From assembly GCA_042568575.1 (NCBI GenBank), contig JBHPIO010000009.1, positions 1 through 55,225 of the forward strand: a stretch of 55,225 bases of DNA. The letters are read 5' to 3'. Under the pieces are notes generated by a model. It was not told where the DNA came from. It saw only the letters and a list, made by a program, of their open reading frames with translations, and searched no databases. This document shows positions 27,976 through 39,079 of this stretch, in pieces. This DNA comes from Patescibacteria group bacterium (GTDB taxonomy: Bacteria; Patescibacteriota; Gracilibacteria; UBA1369; PNNO01). Position numbers and translations under genes: made by a program. The first letter of the stretch is position 1; each line of letters opens with the position of its first letter.

Positions 27976-29211
27976 ATGGCTGAACACACACACAAACAAC
28001 TGTTCCCATGGGGCTTTCTAGGTTCAATGGTTCTGATGTCGCTGCTTCTGATCGTTATGAGATATGGAAGCGACAAGTTCGCGTTTGTGGACTACTACGA
28101 CTACCACCACGCGGCAGAGCTGATTCGCAATGGCGAGAGCCCGTACGATGGTCCCAAGGCAGACGAACTCGCAAAGCGCGATAAAGTCCACGCGATCAAG
28201 GACAGCCACTACATCTACCCGCCTCCGCTTGCGATCGTCTTGGTGCCGCTCTCCTACCTGCATCCGAAAAACGGAGGCATGTTCTGGCATCTGTTGAGCG
28301 CAATTATGCTTCTGCTTGCCTTGGAACGCCTCACGAGATATTCGCAGACCAAGAGGCAGGAACTACTCATATTGCTATCCTTCTTTTTCGTTCCGACACT
28401 GTTCACTCTTTATGTCGGACAGGTGAACACCATCGTTCTTGCCTTAATTGTCTTGGCGATGGACGACTCACTGAGCAAAGAAAACCGTGATATTCGCGTT
28501 GGCGTATGGATCGGTCTTGCTGCGCTCATCAAGGTGAGTCCGATCCTGTTGCTCGCCGTATTTCTCTTTCGGGGAAAATGGCGGGTCATTCTGGTCTCCG
28601 TCGCGGTTGTTGCGGTTGGCTTTGCTATCAGCGAGCTGATCGTCCGAGGCAGCACTTCGCAGTTCTTCAACGACGTGATGCCCTCGTTGTGGCACAACCA
28701 GAACCACCACGCGCACCCGGCAAACCAGTCGTTCCGCGGCTGGATCCTTCGCCTCTTCACCCCAAACGATTGGACGAATCCGGTGCGGAATTACTCCGAG
28801 ACGATTTACATGTTCGTTGGCTCGATCAACGCCTTTATCGTTTGCATCACTATGTTGATGCTCTGGATTTCCAGGAAATCAGACTTCACAAGGAGGCAAG
28901 CCTATCTGGAAGCGGGCCTGGTCGTATCGTGCATCGTTCTGATCTCGCCCCTCGGGTGGGATCACACTTTCATCCTACTCCTCATTCCAGCAGCAGCGCT
29001 CTGGCGCATCGGCTACCACTGGCTGGTGATCGCCATGTATGGCCTCATGATCGTGCAGCGCGCGATCTTCATCCCGTTCGCCGACAATCCCTCAAGCTTC
29101 CCCTTCCTCGCGAAGCATCCAGTACTGTCCTGCAGCGGACTGCTGGGTGGTTGGTTCATCTTCTTCACCTGTGCCCATATTCTGGGTGACGTCAAAAAAA
29201 GCAAAACGTAA
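27976..29211 (+). CDS. GT87/DUF2029 (GT-C) membrane glycosyltransferase (GC-rich)
   Basis: DY..Y...A...G.SPY, YIYPP, GQVN, GLAALIKVSP, NQS, SPLGWDH; SD AAGGAG. Confidence 0.88.
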   Translation: MAEHTHKQLFPWGFLGSMVLMSLLLIVMRYGSDKFAFVDYYDYHHAAELIRNGESPYDGPKADELAKRDKVHAIKDSHYIYPPPLAIVLVPLSYLHPKNGGMFWHLLSAIMLLLALERLTRYSQTKRQELLILLSFFFVPTLFTLYVGQVNTIVLALIVLAMDDSLSKENRDIRVGVWIGLAALIKVSPILLLAVFLFRGKWRVILVSVAVVAVGFAISELIVRGSTSQFFNDVMPSLWHNQNHHAHPANQSFRGWILRLFTPNDWTNPVRNYSETIYMFVGSINAFIVCITMLMLWISRKSDFTRRQAYLEAGLVVSCIVLISPLGWDHTFILLLIPAAALWRIGYHWLVIAMYGLMIVQRAIFIPFADNPSSFPFLAKHPVLSCSGLLGGWFIFFTCAHILGDVKKSKT

Positions 29212-29219
29212 CGTCAACG

Positions 29220-29252
29220 GCGTCGTTCCCCTAAAAAAGGAGCGGCGCTTTT
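29220..29252 (+). terminator. Intrinsic terminator
   Basis: GCGTCGTTCC...GGAGCGGCGC-TTTT. Confidence 0.7.
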
Positions 29253-29260
29253 GACCCTAT

Positions 29261-30562
29261 CTACATTTCTGCCGCATACCATTCTGCAGAATCAACAATT
29301 ACATCTCCAATAAAATGTGTGAAGTGCAGATGCGATCCAGTTGCAATTCCTGTTGATCCCATCAACCCAATCAAGTCACCTTTATTAACAACTTGTCCTT
29401 CCTCAACTTTTAACGCGGACATATGAAGGTACATCGTGAACACGTTATGACCATGATCAATTATGATCGTATTACCATATGACATTGTTTCATCCGCCAA
29501 TGTCACAATTCCACTGTTGGAAGCGTAAATTTCAGTTCCTTCAACATTCCCATAATCAAGCCCAAAATGAGATCCTGAATATGCTCCGTTTATATATAAC
29601 TTGTCTCCAAATCCAAGAGTAATAACACCTTCTGTTGGAACAATAAATTCACCTTCCCAAAGCTGTTCCTCGCGTGGGTTACTTTTTGCAGCGTTAATCA
29701 TTGTCCAAGTATTGTCTTGTTGCGTCTGCCCAAATAGCTCAGTTTTTGTTTCCGGAAGCGTGAACGAAACAACCGTATAATTTTGTTCACCCACATCAAT
29801 CGTCACCTCAACCTGCTCAGACTCATCTTTGTTAAGCGTTAAACTCAGCGTTTTCGCGCCAGCATCTTTAGTCCGATGCAAGCCAACAAACGCTCGCAAA
29901 TAATCTTTTTCTCCAATTTGCGTAAACTCTTCAAGTTCCGCAGCTCTCGTAATCACAATCTGGGCTTCATCAAAATTAATATTTCGATCCGGTCTCATAA
30001 AACCATCTGGGTATCCTTTAAAAATCTCAGCCTTCATGGTTTGATTTATATATTCATAAAAACGATGATCTTCAGGGACGTCTTCAAACGAAGGGACGTC
30101 TTCTAATTTCTCCAAAGGATCGAATGCTCGCACAAGAATTTTCGCAATTTGACCTCTTGTTATTGGAGTGTATGGACGAAACTTGCCGTCCTCGTATCCA
30201 TGAATTATATCGAGCGCGGAAGCTTTGCTCACATATTGATAGAACGGATTCCCCGCTGGTACATCAGGGAATTGCGTAGCTTGAAAAGTATCAACATCTC
30301 CAAAATCTTCATTATCAAACATTAATTTTAAGAATTCTCCACGATTTATGGTCTCATCCCAATTCGGCGCATCAACGACTTCGTAAAATTTAACAATCTT
30401 TCCATTAAAAGAAGCATTCACCGATTCGATGTCGTCTTTGGCAATTTTAATCTCCAAGGTTTTGCCCTGCAAAATTTCATCCTCTACATAAACGCTCGCC
30501 GCATTCGCAGAAAACGGAATCAAAAATATCCCAATACCTACAATGATTTTTACGATTTTCAT
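29261..30562 (-). CDS. SLH-domain M23 peptidase
   Basis: SLH repeats (FPDVP, GYEDGKFRP, ITRGQ); HFGLD, YLHMS, TGSHLHF. Confidence 0.9.
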   Translation of the reverse strand: MKIVKIIVGIGIFLIPFSANAASVYVEDEILQGKTLEIKIAKDDIESVNASFNGKIVKFYEVVDAPNWDETINRGEFLKLMFDNEDFGDVDTFQATQFPDVPAGNPFYQYVSKASALDIIHGYEDGKFRPYTPITRGQIAKILVRAFDPLEKLEDVPSFEDVPEDHRFYEYINQTMKAEIFKGYPDGFMRPDRNINFDEAQIVITRAAELEEFTQIGEKDYLRAFVGLHRTKDAGAKTLSLTLNKDESEQVEVTIDVGEQNYTVVSFTLPETKTELFGQTQQDNTWTMINAAKSNPREEQLWEGEFIVPTEGVITLGFGDKLYINGAYSGSHFGLDYGNVEGTEIYASNSGIVTLADETMSYGNTIIIDHGHNVFTMYLHMSALKVEEGQVVNKGDLIGLMGSTGIATGSHLHFTHFIGDVIVDSAEWYAAEM

Positions 30563-30642
30563 GAAAAAAGTTTACCACGAACCGCAACTTTAAAATAGTT
30601 GTGTGTTATTGAAAGTGAAGGCATAATTAAAAATGACCTCTC

Positions 30643-32931
30643 ATGAGCACATTATTTAAATTCTTAACATATCAATCTATGAGAAAGTATCTCATTCTCG
30701 CGCTATTCTTAGTATTAGCCGTGAGTCAAATTTCGTTTGCGTCTTTTAACGATGTAAACTCAAACACTGATTATGAAACGGCTATCAGTTGGATGGCGGA
30801 TAACGGTGTTATTCAAGGGTATCCTGACGGGACATTTGGTCCTGATGTTTGTGTGAATAGAGTTGAAATGCTCAAAATGCTCTATTTAGCAACAGAAACA
30901 AATGTTAACGATCTAGCTGCTGGAGCTGGTTGGGCAGACTATTTTTCTGACGTTGATACCGATCAGTGGTATTGGCCATACCTCCGATTTGCTTTGCAGC
31001 AAGGCACTGTTGAAGGTTATCCGGATCAAACTTTTAAACCTAATCAGTGTGTGAATAGAGTTGAAGCTATTAAAATGGCAACTCTAGAATACAACGGTGG
31101 AAATCTACCTGTGGCTCAGGACCAACCTAATATGCCATACGATGCGTTGGCTGACCAATGGTATTATGGTTATCTCGAATATGTAATGTATGCGAATACT
31201 CTTGGGCAAAACCATACTGAAGTTACAGAAACTGGATATAACTTTTTCCCTGGCGATTCAATGACTCGTAAAGAAGTTGCCGAAATGCTTTACAGAATGA
31301 AAGCAATTCAAGATAGCAATGTATCTGTTTATGCGGACGGAATGGCTCCAGCTGCAATCGTAGACGCGGTTACATTCACAGGAATTACTTCTTTGTATAC
31401 TGATTCAATAATGGAAGATTACATTGATGATGTTGTTGCAGCTTACGGAGATGGAACAAGTGATTGGTCATACGTTCGAGGATTTTTTGAGTGGTACGAA
31501 GTTGGTGAAATTAACGTTGCGCCATACGAAGGATACAAGCTACTTGTTTTAGACAGCCTTTGTGATGGAATGTGTTTGTCATCGTACCTATATAGATTTG
31601 CATATAACGAAGATACTGGAGACCTTGTTATGTTAGATCGACATTCATCGTCTTCTTATACTCCAAGTTATGTAGAGCCACTTACAGTTGGTAAAGACAC
31701 AACAACATTACTTGCAGGGCTAAAATTACCTGAAACTATAGCTATTGCTGGAACTGATGCTTACATAACAAAGGTTACTGACGACGATTGGTATAACAAT
31801 GATGACAATTTAACTACTGTTGCATTTGTTGATCCTGTTGTGGGGAACGTTTACTATTATGGTGATGGAACATCTGCGGGATGTCTTTATGTTAAGAGTC
31901 CTGATGGTTCAGTAAGTACTTATGGATACGATCTTACATTATTGGAAGAAGCAGGTGTGACAATTGATTTTGAAGATGGAAGCGGGTCTGTTGTGGCTTC
32001 TGATAGTTATGGTTTAACTACCGGAGGATGCGGACTTGCAGGAAGTTGTTATTTTATTAGAGATATTGAGTTAGGCGATTTGGTACTAGCTGGAGTTTCT
32101 TCTAACGGAGTAAGTTTATACGAAGTGGCTGATCCTGTAGAAGGCATTTACGGAGAGGACACTGCCGGTTATAACGAAGCACAGGTTGAAGTAGATCAGG
32201 TTTATCAATTCTACGTTGGTCAATATAGTTATAGAGATGATTTAGAAGGATTAACTCCTCCAACTTTTGAAGAATTTCTAGACGATTATCCAGTTCTTTA
32301 CTGGCAAGATCCATTTGGAAGATGGAGCTCAATTACTGGTAGCACTTATAAAATCCCTGCAGAATGCGGAAAGCCGGTTGTTTATCTTTATCCAGAAGAA
32401 GCGACTGACGTTCATGTAGAAGTTGATATCGACGAGTTCACAGTTACTATTCCAGACTACGGAAAAGACGGATGGACTGTTAGAGCACAACCTGACGGAT
32501 CGCTTTACAACTATGCTGACGGAGAAGAATATCCATACCTTTTCTGGGAAGGTCACAAGAAAGATGGACTAACTACAGATCAAGGGTCCATGGTTGCAAA
32601 AGAAGATCTTGAAGAGTTCTTTACTAAGAACCTTGCTAAAATGGGACTAAATAAACAGGAAAGTGCAGACTTCATGGAATTCTGGGTTCCTGTAATGAAA
32701 GAAGATCCTGAAAATTATTTCTTTGTTAGCTTTATTGGAACACACGATTTTAATAAAGTTGCTCCACTAACTGTTGAGCCAAAACCGGATACAGTTATTA
32801 GAGTGTTCATGTATTATCATCCAACTTACAGACCGTTTGAGGTTCAGGAACAGAAATTATCAACAATCCCTAGAGATGGCTTCACAGTCATCGAATGGGG
32901 AGGAACATCATCAAGAACATGGAGAAGATAA
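30643..32931 (+). CDS. SLH-domain surface protein with C-terminal KPVVYLYP domain
   Basis: Three SLH repeats; CGKPVVYLYPE...YPYLFWEG...EWGG; start may be 30679. Confidence 0.8.
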   Translation: MSTLFKFLTYQSMRKYLILALFLVLAVSQISFASFNDVNSNTDYETAISWMADNGVIQGYPDGTFGPDVCVNRVEMLKMLYLATETNVNDLAAGAGWADYFSDVDTDQWYWPYLRFALQQGTVEGYPDQTFKPNQCVNRVEAIKMATLEYNGGNLPVAQDQPNMPYDALADQWYYGYLEYVMYANTLGQNHTEVTETGYNFFPGDSMTRKEVAEMLYRMKAIQDSNVSVYADGMAPAAIVDAVTFTGITSLYTDSIMEDYIDDVVAAYGDGTSDWSYVRGFFEWYEVGEINVAPYEGYKLLVLDSLCDGMCLSSYLYRFAYNEDTGDLVMLDRHSSSSYTPSYVEPLTVGKDTTTLLAGLKLPETIAIAGTDAYITKVTDDDWYNNDDNLTTVAFVDPVVGNVYYYGDGTSAGCLYVKSPDGSVSTYGYDLTLLEEAGVTIDFEDGSGSVVASDSYGLTTGGCGLAGSCYFIRDIELGDLVLAGVSSNGVSLYEVADPVEGIYGEDTAGYNEAQVEVDQVYQFYVGQYSYRDDLEGLTPPTFEEFLDDYPVLYWQDPFGRWSSITGSTYKIPAECGKPVVYLYPEEATDVHVEVDIDEFTVTIPDYGKDGWTVRAQPDGSLYNYADGEEYPYLFWEGHKKDGLTTDQGSMVAKEDLEEFFTKNLAKMGLNKQESADFMEFWVPVMKEDPENYFFVSFIGTHDFNKVAPLTVEPKPDTVIRVFMYYHPTYRPFEVQEQKLSTIPRDGFTVIEWGGTSSRTWRR

Positions 32932-33749
32932 CATCAATCATTCTGGGCGTGCTCTTTATGGGCACGCTCAGTTCCTGTTCATCGGAGTCGATAGAGCAGG
33001 CACAAACAGACAACTTAATAAAAGGCGCAGTTCTGCCTCACCATCTTATTGTGGATAATTATATGGATGACTTTTATTCAGAGATAGCTAGTGAGGTCGA
33101 TGTAGAAAGGGTTATCATCCTGGCTCCGAATCATTTCCATTATGGATTTAATTACGTTCAAACAACCAACTATATAGATGGGATGCCGCTTGATTTGGAT
33201 TTTGTGAATTATTTGTACAATGAGGAGGCGATTTATATTGAGCCAAAATATTTTGATAGAGAGCATGGGGTTTTTGTTCATCATGATTTCTTACAGCGTC
33301 ACTTTCCGGATGCAAAAATCGTTCCAATTATCATGAAAAAATACACACCAAAAGAAATTCTAGACGACTTGGTAGATACAATTGCAAAGCGCGATTTAGA
33401 AAATACTCTAATAATTTCGAGCATAGATTTTACTCATGTTACCTCAGAGGAAACTGCTTTAAAAAATGATGACAGAACAGTTAACTGGCTTAACGAATGG
33501 AGTGAAATGCAGCATAAGGAAGGTCAGTTTGATGATATTCACGAACTTGCAATAAGTTCAGAAATGGACACCGAAGAAGCTGTTGCAATAGACTCTCCAG
33601 AGAGTCTGTATGTTATGACTCAATTAATGGAAAACCAAAACGCATACAATTACACTCCATGGAAAAGAACTTCATCTGCTTCACTCACAGGAATAACTGA
33701 CCCGCTTCAAAACACGAGTCATATCTTTATGAAGTTTGAGAAGAGTTAG
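32919..33749 (+). CDS. MEMO1/AmmeMemoRadiSam-B-like lipoprotein
   Basis: Lipobox LSSC; LPHH, ILAPNH, EHG, SSIDFTH, DSP motifs. Confidence 0.7.
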   Translation: MEKITSIILGVLFMGTLSSCSSESIEQAQTDNLIKGAVLPHHLIVDNYMDDFYSEIASEVDVERVIILAPNHFHYGFNYVQTTNYIDGMPLDLDFVNYLYNEEAIYIEPKYFDREHGVFVHHDFLQRHFPDAKIVPIIMKKYTPKEILDDLVDTIAKRDLENTLIISSIDFTHVTSEETALKNDDRTVNWLNEWSEMQHKEGQFDDIHELAISSEMDTEEAVAIDSPESLYVMTQLMENQNAYNYTPWKRTSSASLTGITDPLQNTSHIFMKFEKS

Positions 33750-34659
33750 ATTCCAACTCTGCAAACATATCAGTGAATACTTGGCGAACTTGGTGAGCAA
33801 CAATATTGTTAATATCGACACAGCCCTGTTCACGTCCAAATTCCAATCCATTGTGGGCTACAAATTCAAGTCCAACAACGTGTCTACCCTCTTCAGGATC
33901 TGCATAAAGCACGGTTGAACCCTTGTCGCCTTTAAAAGGACCTGTCCCGTCCATAACAATAAGTCCAGCATCTTTAAAAGTTTTTCTGACAATATTTGAA
34001 ATTACAGAACTGCATGATTCTCCTTCATTAGTGATCAGAACTAGATCAGGCCATTCTTCAGGGAACTTTTCTCCACGTTTTGCAGGACCAGTATATGTAT
34101 ATGCTCCAGCAGGGGTTGCTTCTAGGTTGACTGCAGGCATTGTGTGACAATCGATCAGAATTGCGTAGCCATGTTTCTCTAATACTGTATCCATTGCTGC
34201 TCTAACTGCCTGCCTGTAGGGATTATAATGTCTCTCAAGGATTTCTTGATATTCTTTGTGCGTGTACGGTCTTTTTAAAAGTTCAAATGGGTCATCACCT
34301 TTTCGTTCAAGGGATTGATGCCAAATTAGTCCATGTGCACGACCTTCCTTTCCTTGGCCTTCGACAGAATTTTCATCAACATCTTCTATACCCCTATTCA
34401 CATCTACGAGTGCGCGTGGAAGTTTGGTCCAAACACGTGAATGTCTCAGTTGATTCTGGAATCCTGTGATTTTTGGTACAGATTGATCAGCTCCTGCTCT
34501 AATTGTACGCTCGGCGTCTTCGTCACCAAATTTAAATACATCAGCAATCGGTCCACTAAGATCTTTCGGAACCTGAATTGCACTATGCGGCATTGAGAGA
34601 ACTAAAGGTGATTCTCCTTCTTCATATCTTACGTAAGTATCTGAGTTTTCTGGAGTCAT
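33727..34659 (-). CDS. N-formylglutamate amidohydrolase family protein
   Basis: PLVLSMPHS, RALVDVNR, PYR, LIDCHTM. Confidence 0.8.
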   Translation of the reverse strand: MTPENSDTYVRYEEGESPLVLSMPHSAIQVPKDLSGPIADVFKFGDEDAERTIRAGADQSVPKITGFQNQLRHSRVWTKLPRALVDVNRGIEDVDENSVEGQGKEGRAHGLIWHQSLERKGDDPFELLKRPYTHKEYQEILERHYNPYRQAVRAAMDTVLEKHGYAILIDCHTMPAVNLEATPAGAYTYTGPAKRGEKFPEEWPDLVLITNEGESCSSVISNIVRKTFKDAGLIVMDGTGPFKGDKGSTVLYADPEEGRHVVGLEFVAHNGLEFGREQGCVDINNIVAHQVRQVFTDMFAELESNSSQTS

Positions 34660-34782
34660 GATTTAATGTTAAAAGTAGGTGATTTTTATACCAAATAACG
34701 TCAAGATATGCAAATAATTTTGAATCGAGGAAACTTCTGATATAATTTTTCCGAGGGCGCTTATTTATTAAAGCTTGAATTT

Positions 34783-35928
34783 ATGGAAGATTTTCGGAGT
34801 TTGCTGATATTAATGGTAGTCGTCTGGATAATGGGAAAAGTTTTCCGTTCCCTAAAGCTTCCCATTATTTTTGGTGAGCTTGTCGGAGGTATTATTGTCG
34901 GACCGCTTGTATTGGGTGTTGTTGATCCCGAAAGTCATACAATTAAACTGCTAGCCGAGTTAGGTGTGTTCTTTTTGATGTTGCACGCTGGGCTAGAGGC
35001 AGATCCTAGAGAATTAATAAAATCTTCCAAGAAGTCGGTTTTTGTTGCTGTTTGCGGAGTTGCACTCCCTTTTGCTGGAGGATACTTTGTTGCACAAGCA
35101 TTTGGGCAATCGTTTAACGAATCGATCTTTATTGCCATGTGTCTTTCGTGCACTGCAATTGCGATTTCCGCGCGCCTATTTAAAGATTACGGAATGTCAC
35201 GCACTACCACTGCGCACATCACCCTTGGAGCAGCCGTTTTAGATGACATTTTTGCATTGATACTTTTCTCCATGGTTTTGAGTCTTGTTGAAACTGGTGA
35301 AGTAGCATTGGTGCCGATAATCCTTATGCTTGTAAAAACTGTACTTTTCTTTGGAGTTGTAATTATTGGTGGGTTGAAACTTTCAAAATATATGAGAGGC
35401 ATTCTAAAAAACAAAGGTTTCACTTTTGCGTTAATAGTCGCTTTGTCACTTGGTTTAATAGCGGAATCAATTGGATTACACATGGTTATTGGGGCATTCC
35501 TGGCTGGATTATTTATACGTGAAGAGGTGTTAGATGAGAGAGTATTCAAAAAGATTGAAGACAGGATTTATGGCTTAAGTTACAGCTTTTTAGGCCCAAT
35601 ATTCTTTACGAGCTTGGCGTTCTCTTTAGATTTTACGGCGGTTACAACAAGGCCATGGTTTTTAATAGCCATTCTGGTTACAGCAATTTTAGGAAAAGTG
35701 ATTGGTGCTGGAGGAGCTGCATATCTTCAAAAAATAAAACCACGAAATTCGTTAATCATCGGACTAGCAATGAATAGTAGGGGAGCAGTTGAGCTCATTA
35801 TTGCTTCAATTGGTATTCAGCAGGGCATAATTACCAGAGATGTTTTTTCAATATTAGTTATGATGGCGTTTGTAACAACAATGTTTTCAATTTTCACTAT
35901 TCGGCCTCTTGTAGTCTCGAAAAAGTGA
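34783..35928 (+). CDS. Cation:proton antiporter (CPA2)
   Basis: GELVGGIIVGP, GAAVLDD, GAFLAGL, PIFF, RGAVELII. Confidence 0.9.
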   Translation: MEDFRSLLILMVVVWIMGKVFRSLKLPIIFGELVGGIIVGPLVLGVVDPESHTIKLLAELGVFFLMLHAGLEADPRELIKSSKKSVFVAVCGVALPFAGGYFVAQAFGQSFNESIFIAMCLSCTAIAISARLFKDYGMSRTTTAHITLGAAVLDDIFALILFSMVLSLVETGEVALVPIILMLVKTVLFFGVVIIGGLKLSKYMRGILKNKGFTFALIVALSLGLIAESIGLHMVIGAFLAGLFIREEVLDERVFKKIEDRIYGLSYSFLGPIFFTSLAFSLDFTAVTTRPWFLIAILVTAILGKVIGAGGAAYLQKIKPRNSLIIGLAMNSRGAVELIIASIGIQQGIITRDVFSILVMMAFVTTMFSIFTIRPLVVSKK

Positions 35929-35943
35929 TGCAATAATGCACGT

Positions 35944-36552
35944 ATGAAAAAATATCTTATTGCTATTTGCGCTTTACTGTTTTTAAGTGGTTGCCAAGAG
36001 GGAGCTGATTTTAAGCAGGACATGATTCAAAATATAACTAAACTGGTTGAGCCTCTTAGTTATCAAGAAATTCTTGAAACAGGAATTCAGCCGGCCTTGG
36101 ATCCTGAATTTGATTTCCCGATTTCGTATCAATATGAAAATGGATGTTTTGCATTTGCAGTAAACCATATCCTCGAATATAAGTTTGATGAAAAACTGGA
36201 TCTATATGAAGCCGAGAAGATTATAAAAAAGCCACGATATGTGCTTTGGGATGTCGAGTATATCTCGGCGTTTTTAACTGAATACGATGTTGAAATGACA
36301 TGGTACAAAGATGCAGAAACATTTTTTAAGTTACTTGAAGAAGGTGAGCCGATTGTTATGCAGTATCCTTATGAGGTTCCGGGCGATAGATACATCGGAC
36401 ACCTTGTATCAGTTTATTCTTTTGATGATGAGGGAGTCTTCGCATCAGATTCAATCAGCGGAAAACATATTCACATTGAATATTCATGGGTGTTTAATCA
36501 ATCAAACAAATACACAAGATATGGGTTTGCAACTGTGTGGCTTGATGAGTAA
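35944..36552 (+). CDS. Lipoprotein with C39/papain-like peptidase fold
   Basis: Lipobox LSGC; Q...GC, GHLVSV, SDS catalytic pattern. Confidence 0.55.
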   Translation: MKKYLIAICALLFLSGCQEGADFKQDMIQNITKLVEPLSYQEILETGIQPALDPEFDFPISYQYENGCFAFAVNHILEYKFDEKLDLYEAEKIIKKPRYVLWDVEYISAFLTEYDVEMTWYKDAETFFKLLEEGEPIVMQYPYEVPGDRYIGHLVSVYSFDDEGVFASDSISGKHIHIEYSWVFNQSNKYTRYGFATVWLDE

Positions 36553-36582
36553 AATCAATATTGCAACTTAACCAAAAATCTC

Positions 36583-37158
36583 ATGAAAAAAGTAGGAATT
36601 CTAATTTTATTAAGTTTATTTTTAACCGGATGTAACCAACCAGCCATGACAGATACAGATCAGGAAACTGCTAGCGTTCAAAAAAATACAGAGCCAAATA
36701 GAATTGTAGTAATAGAAACAAATTTAGGGACAATGGAAGTTGAATTGTTTGAAAAAAGAGCACCAATTACAACAAAGAATTTTATTGATTTGGCGGAGAA
36801 AGGATATTACGACGGACTTAAATTTCACCGAGTTATTGATGATTTTATGATTCAAGGTGGTGATCCGAAAGGTGATGGATCAGGTGGGCCTGGATATACA
36901 ATCAAGGACGAATTTCATTTACAGCTTAAGCACAGCAAAGCCGGGATTTTATCTATGGCAAACAGTGGGCCGGATTCAGGAGGAAGTCAGTTCTTTATAA
37001 CTTTAAGAGCAACTTCGCATTTGGATGGGAAACATGCTGTGTTTGGAGAAGTTGTTAAAGGAATAGATGTGCTTTTTGAAATTGGTAGTACCAAAACTGA
37101 TGCAGGGGATAGACCGATGGTGCCGGTTATTATGGAAAAAGTTACAATTAAGAACTAA
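36583..37158 (+). CDS. Cyclophilin-type peptidyl-prolyl isomerase (lipoprotein)
   Basis: [38 protein letters not shown]. Confidence 0.95.
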   Translation: MKKVGILILLSLFLTGCNQPAMTDTDQETASVQKNTEPNRIVVIETNLGTMEVELFEKRAPITTKNFIDLAEKGYYDGLKFHRVIDDFMIQGGDPKGDGSGGPGYTIKDEFHLQLKHSKAGILSMANSGPDSGGSQFFITLRATSHLDGKHAVFGEVVKGIDVLFEIGSTKTDAGDRPMVPVIMEKVTIKN

Positions 37159-37176
37159 TTACTAACCACTTTAAAT

Positions 37177-37746
37177 ATGGATCTTGAATGGGATGACCGC
37201 AGGGCGCGGCAATATGTTGCTAATGTCGGTTTAATCACAAGTAATGGCCCAAATGGTAAAAATATTATGTCTGCCGAATGGACACATTATCTTTCATATA
37301 AGCCTGCATTGATGGCGGTTTGTGTTGCACCGTATCATGCATCACACAAGAATATTGAAGAGACAAAGGAATTTGGTTTGAATCTGGCTGCAGATAACCA
37401 GGCGTCTTTAACAAGTGTTGCTGGAGGAAATAGCGGCACAAGTGTTGATAAGATAAAAGTTCTTGAAGAGCTCGGATTCGAATTCTATGAAGCAAAGCAG
37501 ATTAATGTGGAAATGGTTAAATACGCTGCAATGAATGCGGAGTGCAAAGTTGTTCAACAAATTTCGCTTGGCGATCACACTATGTTTGTTGGAGAAGTTG
37601 TGGAAATAGATGCTGATCCTGAAATCAAGCCACTTGTTTATCATAACGGGCAATTCCGGAATTTGGGGGGGCATGTAGAAAAGCCACCTCAGGAGACAAT
37701 GGATAAAATTACTGAGCTTGTGGGGAAGTACAAGAAGAGTACTTAG
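37177..37746 (+). CDS. Flavin reductase family protein
   Basis: NIMSAEW..., EFGLN, ECKV, GDHTMFVGEV. Confidence 0.88.
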   Translation: MDLEWDDRRARQYVANVGLITSNGPNGKNIMSAEWTHYLSYKPALMAVCVAPYHASHKNIEETKEFGLNLAADNQASLTSVAGGNSGTSVDKIKVLEELGFEFYEAKQINVEMVKYAAMNAECKVVQQISLGDHTMFVGEVVEIDADPEIKPLVYHNGQFRNLGGHVEKPPQETMDKITELVGKYKKST

Positions 37747-37748
37747 TA

Positions 37749-38270
37749 CTATCTCTCGAAAAGTAGAAATTCGTAGGAGATGTTTTCGTCTTCACCTGTT
37801 CCTAGCTGCGTGACGGTTGAAAAATAATGAGGGACATCGGGGTAGAACGCATCGCAATCAAATGTTTTGCGGACTTTTGTTATGTAAAGTCCTGTGAGGT
37901 CTACGTTGTCTATTGTGCTTTTGTAAATCGAAGCACCACCGATAATATAGATAGTTTCGATATCTTCATCAGCTGATTCGAGTGCGTCTTCAAGGCTTTT
38001 AAAAACAGTTGCACCTTCCACTTTGTAATCCGGATTTCGGCTAAGGACAATATTTAGGCGACCTTTAAGCGGTCTATGTTTATCAGGGATCGATTCCCAT
38101 GTAGTGCGTCCCATAATCACCATATTCTTTTTGTCGAGATCTTCTGTTTCGGTTGTGGTTCGTTGGAAAAATTTCAAGTCACCAGGAAGATGCCATGGAA
38201 GTTTGCCATCTTTTCCAATGCCATTTTTCTCATCAGTTGCTACAACGTGGTAGATTTTATGTTCGATCAT
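37749..38270 (-). CDS. folA: Dihydrofolate reductase
   Basis: [46 protein letters not shown]. Confidence 0.95.
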   Translation of the reverse strand: MIEHKIYHVVATDEKNGIGKDGKLPWHLPGDLKFFQRTTTETEDLDKKNMVIMGRTTWESIPDKHRPLKGRLNIVLSRNPDYKVEGATVFKSLEDALESADEDIETIYIIGGASIYKSTIDNVDLTGLYITKVRKTFDCDAFYPDVPHYFSTVTQLGTGEDENISYEFLLFER

Positions 38271-39079
38271 ACTGCGATTTCAAATTTAATAAATGCATCG
38301 TGCTCATATCCGGTGAGCTCAAAGTCTTCAAGGGTGATTTCGTCAAAAGGTTTCTTTACCAGTTTGAGTTGTGGGAGTTTATGTGGAGTTCTTGTAAGTT
38401 GCTCCGTAAGCCCTTCAACATGATTTTTATAAATATGCGCATCTCCGAGTGTGTGAACAAAAATTCCAGGCTCCAAATTACATTCTTGAGCCATCATAAT
38501 AAGAAGCGCCGAATAACTTGCGATATTGTATGGAACGCCAAGAGCAATATCTGCAGAACGTTGATAAAGCTGACAATCAAGCCGTCCATTAACTACATAA
38601 AACTGGAAGAAAGCGTGACACGGAGGAAGAGCCATACGCGGAAGATCGGCAGGATTCCATGCGCTCACAATAATTCTTCGTGAAGTTGGATTGTTTTTTA
38701 TTAGATCGATAGCCTGAGCAATTTGATCTACGTGAGTTTTTTTACATGTGCCATCGTCGTCACAAGTGTACTTGTCCCATTTCCGCCATTGATAGCCGTA
38801 CACAGGTCCAAGTTCTCCGTTTTCGTCAGCCCACGGATTCCAGATTTTTGTGTGTGGCATCAATCCATCGTTGATATTAGTTGCACCTTTCAAAAACCAT
38901 AAAAGTTCACGGATTATATTATCTATGCTTACTTTTTTGGTTGTAACAAGTGGAAATCCGTCGCGAAGGTCGTATTTAGTTTGAGTTCCGAATACAGAAA
39001 GGATTCCGGTTCCGGTTCGATCCGGCTTCTCTTCGCCGTTTTCAAGGACATGTTTTACTAGGTCGAGGTATTGCTTCAT
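38267..39079 (-). CDS. thyA: Thymidylate synthase
   Basis: [24 protein letters not shown]. Confidence 0.97.
   Translation of the reverse strand: MKQYLDLVKHVLENGEEKPDRTGTGILSVFGTQTKYDLRDGFPLVTTKKVSIDNIIRELLWFLKGATNINDGLMPHTKIWNPWADENGELGPVYGYQWRKWDKYTCDDDGTCKKTHVDQIAQAIDLIKNNPTSRRIIVSAWNPADLPRMALPPCHAFFQFYVVNGRLDCQLYQRSADIALGVPYNIASYSALLIMMAQECNLEPGIFVHTLGDAHIYKNHVEGLTEQLTRTPHKLPQLKLVKKPFDEITLEDFELTGYEHDAFIKFEIAV

Noticed and set aside
21122-29204. Many long overlapping or antisense ORFs in the GC-rich genes (e.g. 24238-25140, 25201-26019, 28506-29189)
   Set aside because: Expected shadow frames of high-GC3 coding sequence; no recognisable motifs, and the main frames match known families.
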